From: Schmidtea polychroa
Taxonomy: Eukaryota
Length of the DNA: 64,000 nucleotides
Assembly (NCBI GenBank): GCA_044892525.1
Contig: CM097885.1
Location: 13,208,001 to 13,272,000 of the forward strand
Reading direction: 5' to 3'
Part shown: positions 60,161-64,000 of the stretch, piece by piece
Numbering within the stretch: the stretch's first letter is position 1
How the letters are laid out: each line of letters starts with the position of its first letter
Notes under the pieces: generated by a model
Told to the model about the DNA's origin: nothing
Seen by the model: the letters and a program-made list of their open reading frames with translations, nothing else
Database searches by the model: none
Program-made: the position numbers and the translations under genes

Positions 60161-63005
60161 TAGTGCCTCTGACTAGCAATTTTATCAATTTAATAAATTT
60201 ACTAAAAATATATTATTAAATTAATTAAATTAAAATAAAAAAATTAAAAACAATTGTTTAAATAATCTTTTACTTTCACTTTTTCGAAAATCATCATCAA
60301 ATTCAAACATGTCTAACGAAGTTACTGAAATTGTCACTGAGGTCGAACAAGTTGCAGAAGTTGAATCAACTGAAGCTGTTACTGAAGAAGTTGAAGAATC
60401 ATCAAATCGAGTCAAAATCAATGAATCAAATATGTCAGAAATACAGGAAACAGAAACCTTCGTCTTATTCACAATGATATCTCTGATGATGTTCAAGTTC
60501 TTCAACAATGTTAATTACAATAAGTTCTTTGTTCAAATTAATTGTATGTCCCTACACCATTAGCCTAGTATCTTGTTTCTTATCTAAGATAGGACTACCA
60601 ACATGGAGAAATTATCTAAACCAGAAAATAAACTAAAAAGAAGAGAACCATATAGATAGCAATAATAATAAAATGAAAAATAGCAAGATAAAATATTTTT
60701 AAAATCAAAAGGTAAAAATATACAAATAACATGGCCGTCAGGATTGATCAGAGCAAATAGAATAAGGAAAAAACAATTAATAATTAAATAAGAAGATAAA
60801 ATCAAATAAATCCAAAAGAAACCATTTAAAAAACAATTAAAATAAGAAAAAGTATAAATTACACAACCACTCAACCCTGATTGGACGAGGCAATAAAAAA
60901 ATTACTATATATACAAACGGTTTGGTTGATTTCCCCAATGTTAACTTTTCGTTGTATTAGGTAACAAGCTATCAACTTTTTCAGTTTCGTAAAGGATCGA
61001 TTTGTATTCAACTTATTCAGGGACATTCAATTTATTTCCAAGGAGAATGTTCCACGGATAGTAAATGTAAATTTTTATTGTTGTTTTATTTTACCTATGT
61101 AGTATAGATATGTAATGTTAATGTAACCATTTAAATTTCAATTAGTAATGTTCTCTCTCTTTCTCTCTCTCTCTCTCACTCTCTCTTTTCTCCACACAAT
61201 TATTTAACATGTCGGGCTAGAACTAAATTCTAGACCCAAACTTCTAATTGTGACTAGAATGCGTAGGTACATAACATGCAAAAAGCAAAAAGTATAGTTA
61301 AATATTAAAAATACACCAAATAAACAATATTAATTAAAGGAGAAAACAACAAAAATATAAACACAGAAATTAAATAAAATTATACCAAAAGCAAGAAGTT
61401 ATGCAAAATCTAACTCAAAAATAACCAAATAAACATAGAGTTACAAAAAACAAACTCGAATAACTTAAAAGACGGTAAAAACAGTAAAAAATTCCAGAAA
61501 AACCCAGAACATTCCATAAAAATGGCGATGACCATCATAAAAGCCATCTAGAACAATAAAAGTTAGAAAAATAAATAAATTAGTAAGAAAAAATAAAAAA
61601 TTCTTAAAAGGAAATTCAGAAAACATCAATTAAAATAAAAATTGAATTAAAAGTAATATGGAATGTTCTGGAACCGTTCCAAATCCATCATGGAGGTAAA
61701 ATTAGTAAAAAATATTTAGGAAATAAAAATTTAAAAATAAAAATAAAAATTATGACGCAAAAATCGCCATTGAAAATATCAAAATTACAAAATAGAAAAT
61801 TCTGGAATAAAAAGTATTCGAGTTTGCTTTAATGCATCAATACATACACGTGTACAAAATAGGTATATATACCAACGCATTTTAGTCACAATTTAATCTT
61901 TTTGTATGCCAAAAATTTTCACGGTAACTTCAAGCGATACCGAAAGTAAGGACTGTTGATTGATTTCATTTTATAACTATTATTTATTATTATGTCCATT
62001 ATATTGATTAATTTTTGTCTTTTTTTTATCATATTCAATTCCACTATTACAGAACAAGAGTGACCAGCATCGTCATAGACGGATTATATTCACGACGCTG
62101 ATCAGCCTTGTTTCTAACTAATAGGCTACATGCACAAATACGGGTCTACGACCCTACATGCACTAAAATTTCAATTTTTTTTAACCGGAGATCGCCACGA
62201 ACAAATGGTTTCTAACCAGGAGTAAGGCGGGTAAATCCATCCCGGTAGTTTGCATAGTCACAGGGACTATGCGGACGGAATAAAATTTGGGATAGTAATC
62301 GCGGGAAACGTAATACAATAAGGCCTATCGTACCGTATTCAGTTGAGTCGGGAAAGTAGGAAAATTTTAATTAATTCGACCTTTCGGTAAATGACATACT
62401 AAAAATAAACACTTAACTATTCTATAGGAAATATATCACTAGGAATACTTAAAGGGAAATATCCCAGACTCAAATTATCACAAAAGTTATCAAGTAGTCG
62501 GTTAATTGCACAAACTATTATTCAGTATGCTAAATATTAACTACCATTAATAGACTCTATTAATATCATTCATAATTATGTTCAATCATAAATGTAATCT
62601 AGTTCACGTTCGATGATGTATTAATTATAAACTAAAATCATTTCGTAAAAATTTTATACTTACCTTATATGTATTGAAATTTAGCTTATATAAAATCTTT
62701 AGAAATTTTTTGTGCCCTAATAATACTATCATCTTTAGGATCATTATTATTATCATTATTATTTTTACAAAGCTTCATTAATAAAGAGTATATCATTACC
62801 ATTAGTATATAATCGCATATATCCGTATATTAAACTTAAAAAAACAAAAAAATTATAATTTTTCATAACTACCCCAACGTTACGAAATCGTCGAAACACA
62901 TGTTCATATTCATAATCTAACTTATATATGTATATTTGAAACTTATAAAAGTATAACTTACCTTGCTTCATAAGTGCCCCCCACAAACCATACATTAGTC
63001 GAAAC

Positions 63006-63007
<2 letters not shown>

Positions 63008-63072
<65 letters not shown>
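63008..63072. repeat. (AT)n microsatellite
   Basis: Uninterrupted AT run. Confidence 0.95.
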
Positions 63073-63073
<1 letters not shown>

Positions 63074-63114
63074 TTAACTTAGGTTACCTTAAAATCATAG
63101 TTGAAAATTTTTCA

Positions 63115-63690
63115 TTAAAGACCCCCAATAAACCATATCGTCATCAACTACTACCTAAATATACTAAATTAGCTTATAGTAATATACATCTAACTTATAT
63201 TATATTTAAAAATATAAATTGTAAATTTCTTATGAATGACCCCCTCAAAATTATACCATCTTTATCCATCACCTAAGTATACTAAATCAGCTTATCTTAA
63301 TATATATTTAACTTATATTATGTTTAGAAAATGATAAATTATAAATGTTCTTAAATGACCCCCCTCCGAATTATACATTCATTACCCATTGCACAAATAT
63401 CCTAAATTAACTTATTTTAATATATATTTAGCTTGTAGTATGTTAAAAATGATAATTTATAAATATTCATAAATGACCCCCTCCGAATTACACATTCATT
63501 ACCCATTGCACAAATATCCTAAATTAACTTATTTTAATATATATTTAGCTTGTAGTATGTTAAAAATGATAATTTATAAATATTCATAAATGACCCCCCT
63601 GCATAAATTAACTTATTTTAATATAGATTTAACTTGCAGTATATTTAGAATGATTACTTATAAATTTTCATAAATGACCCCTTCGGTTCA
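63115..63690. repeat. ~118-bp tandem repeat array (about 5 degenerate units)
   Basis: Recurring AAATGACCCCC..CCTAAATTAACTTATTTTAATATATATTTAGCTTG units. 63353-63470 and 63471-63587 are nearly identical. Confidence 0.85.
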
Positions 63691-64000
63691 TATAGCCCTT
63701 AATGACTACTTAAAGGTATTAATTTAATTTGCTCCCAGACATAGTTAGCTTACATTACTTTTAGAAATATCATTTACATTTTGTTGTAACCGACCCCTCT
63801 CAATCATGTAGCCATTAACTATTCCTTTACTGAATTATATCATCTTCGCATAGCGTTCACGTATAACTCAGAGCGAAAAATAAGTCCATAACTTTCCGTA
63901 AATGATTCCCCATATGTGGTAACCTTTTAAAACTATGAACTTACATTTATTATTATTATGATTAACCTTATTGTTATTGTTATTATTAACATCATTATTA

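Noticed and set aside
60309..60563. Acidic 84-aa ORF after the Gypsy PPT
   Set aside because: Low-complexity E/V/T sequence with no recognisable family, so the evidence is insufficient to call a gene.
63115..63690. CRISPR-like periodic array
   Set aside because: Whole units are repeated with no unique spacers, the context is eukaryotic and there are no cas genes. It is a tandem repeat.

Overview
AT-rich, repeat-dense animal (invertebrate-type) nuclear DNA with very short introns (38-57 bp). Host genes, mostly missed by the ORF track and reconstructed here by splicing, are a RAD51 paralogue (RAD51D-like) split by a ~14.3 kb transposon-filled intron, two paralogous STMP1-like mitochondrial microprotein genes (49 and 47 aa) and a FAM177-like gene. 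The rest is mostly transposons: one intact hAT with TIRs and TSD, several decayed hAT/hATm/MULE/Merlin/Tigger elements and MITEs, a Penelope-like retroelement with a minimal hammerhead ribozyme, and LTR remnants. The dominant feature is a ~12 kb, right-truncated Polinton/Maverick (adintovirus-like) endogenous virus at ~44.68-56.61 kb encoding major and minor capsid, packaging ATPase, adenain-like protease, pX-like protein, fiber-like protein, integrase and pPolB. Its most unusual parts are three 73-nt tRNA-like units with RNA Pol III A box, B box and poly-T terminator upstream of the capsid gene (possible analogues of adenovirus VA RNAs), a zinc finger-PLA2-integrase fusion ORF, and a free-standing duplicate of the pPolB C-terminal domain that appears to be under purifying selection. 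All family assignments are from motif recognition by eye; no searches were run.
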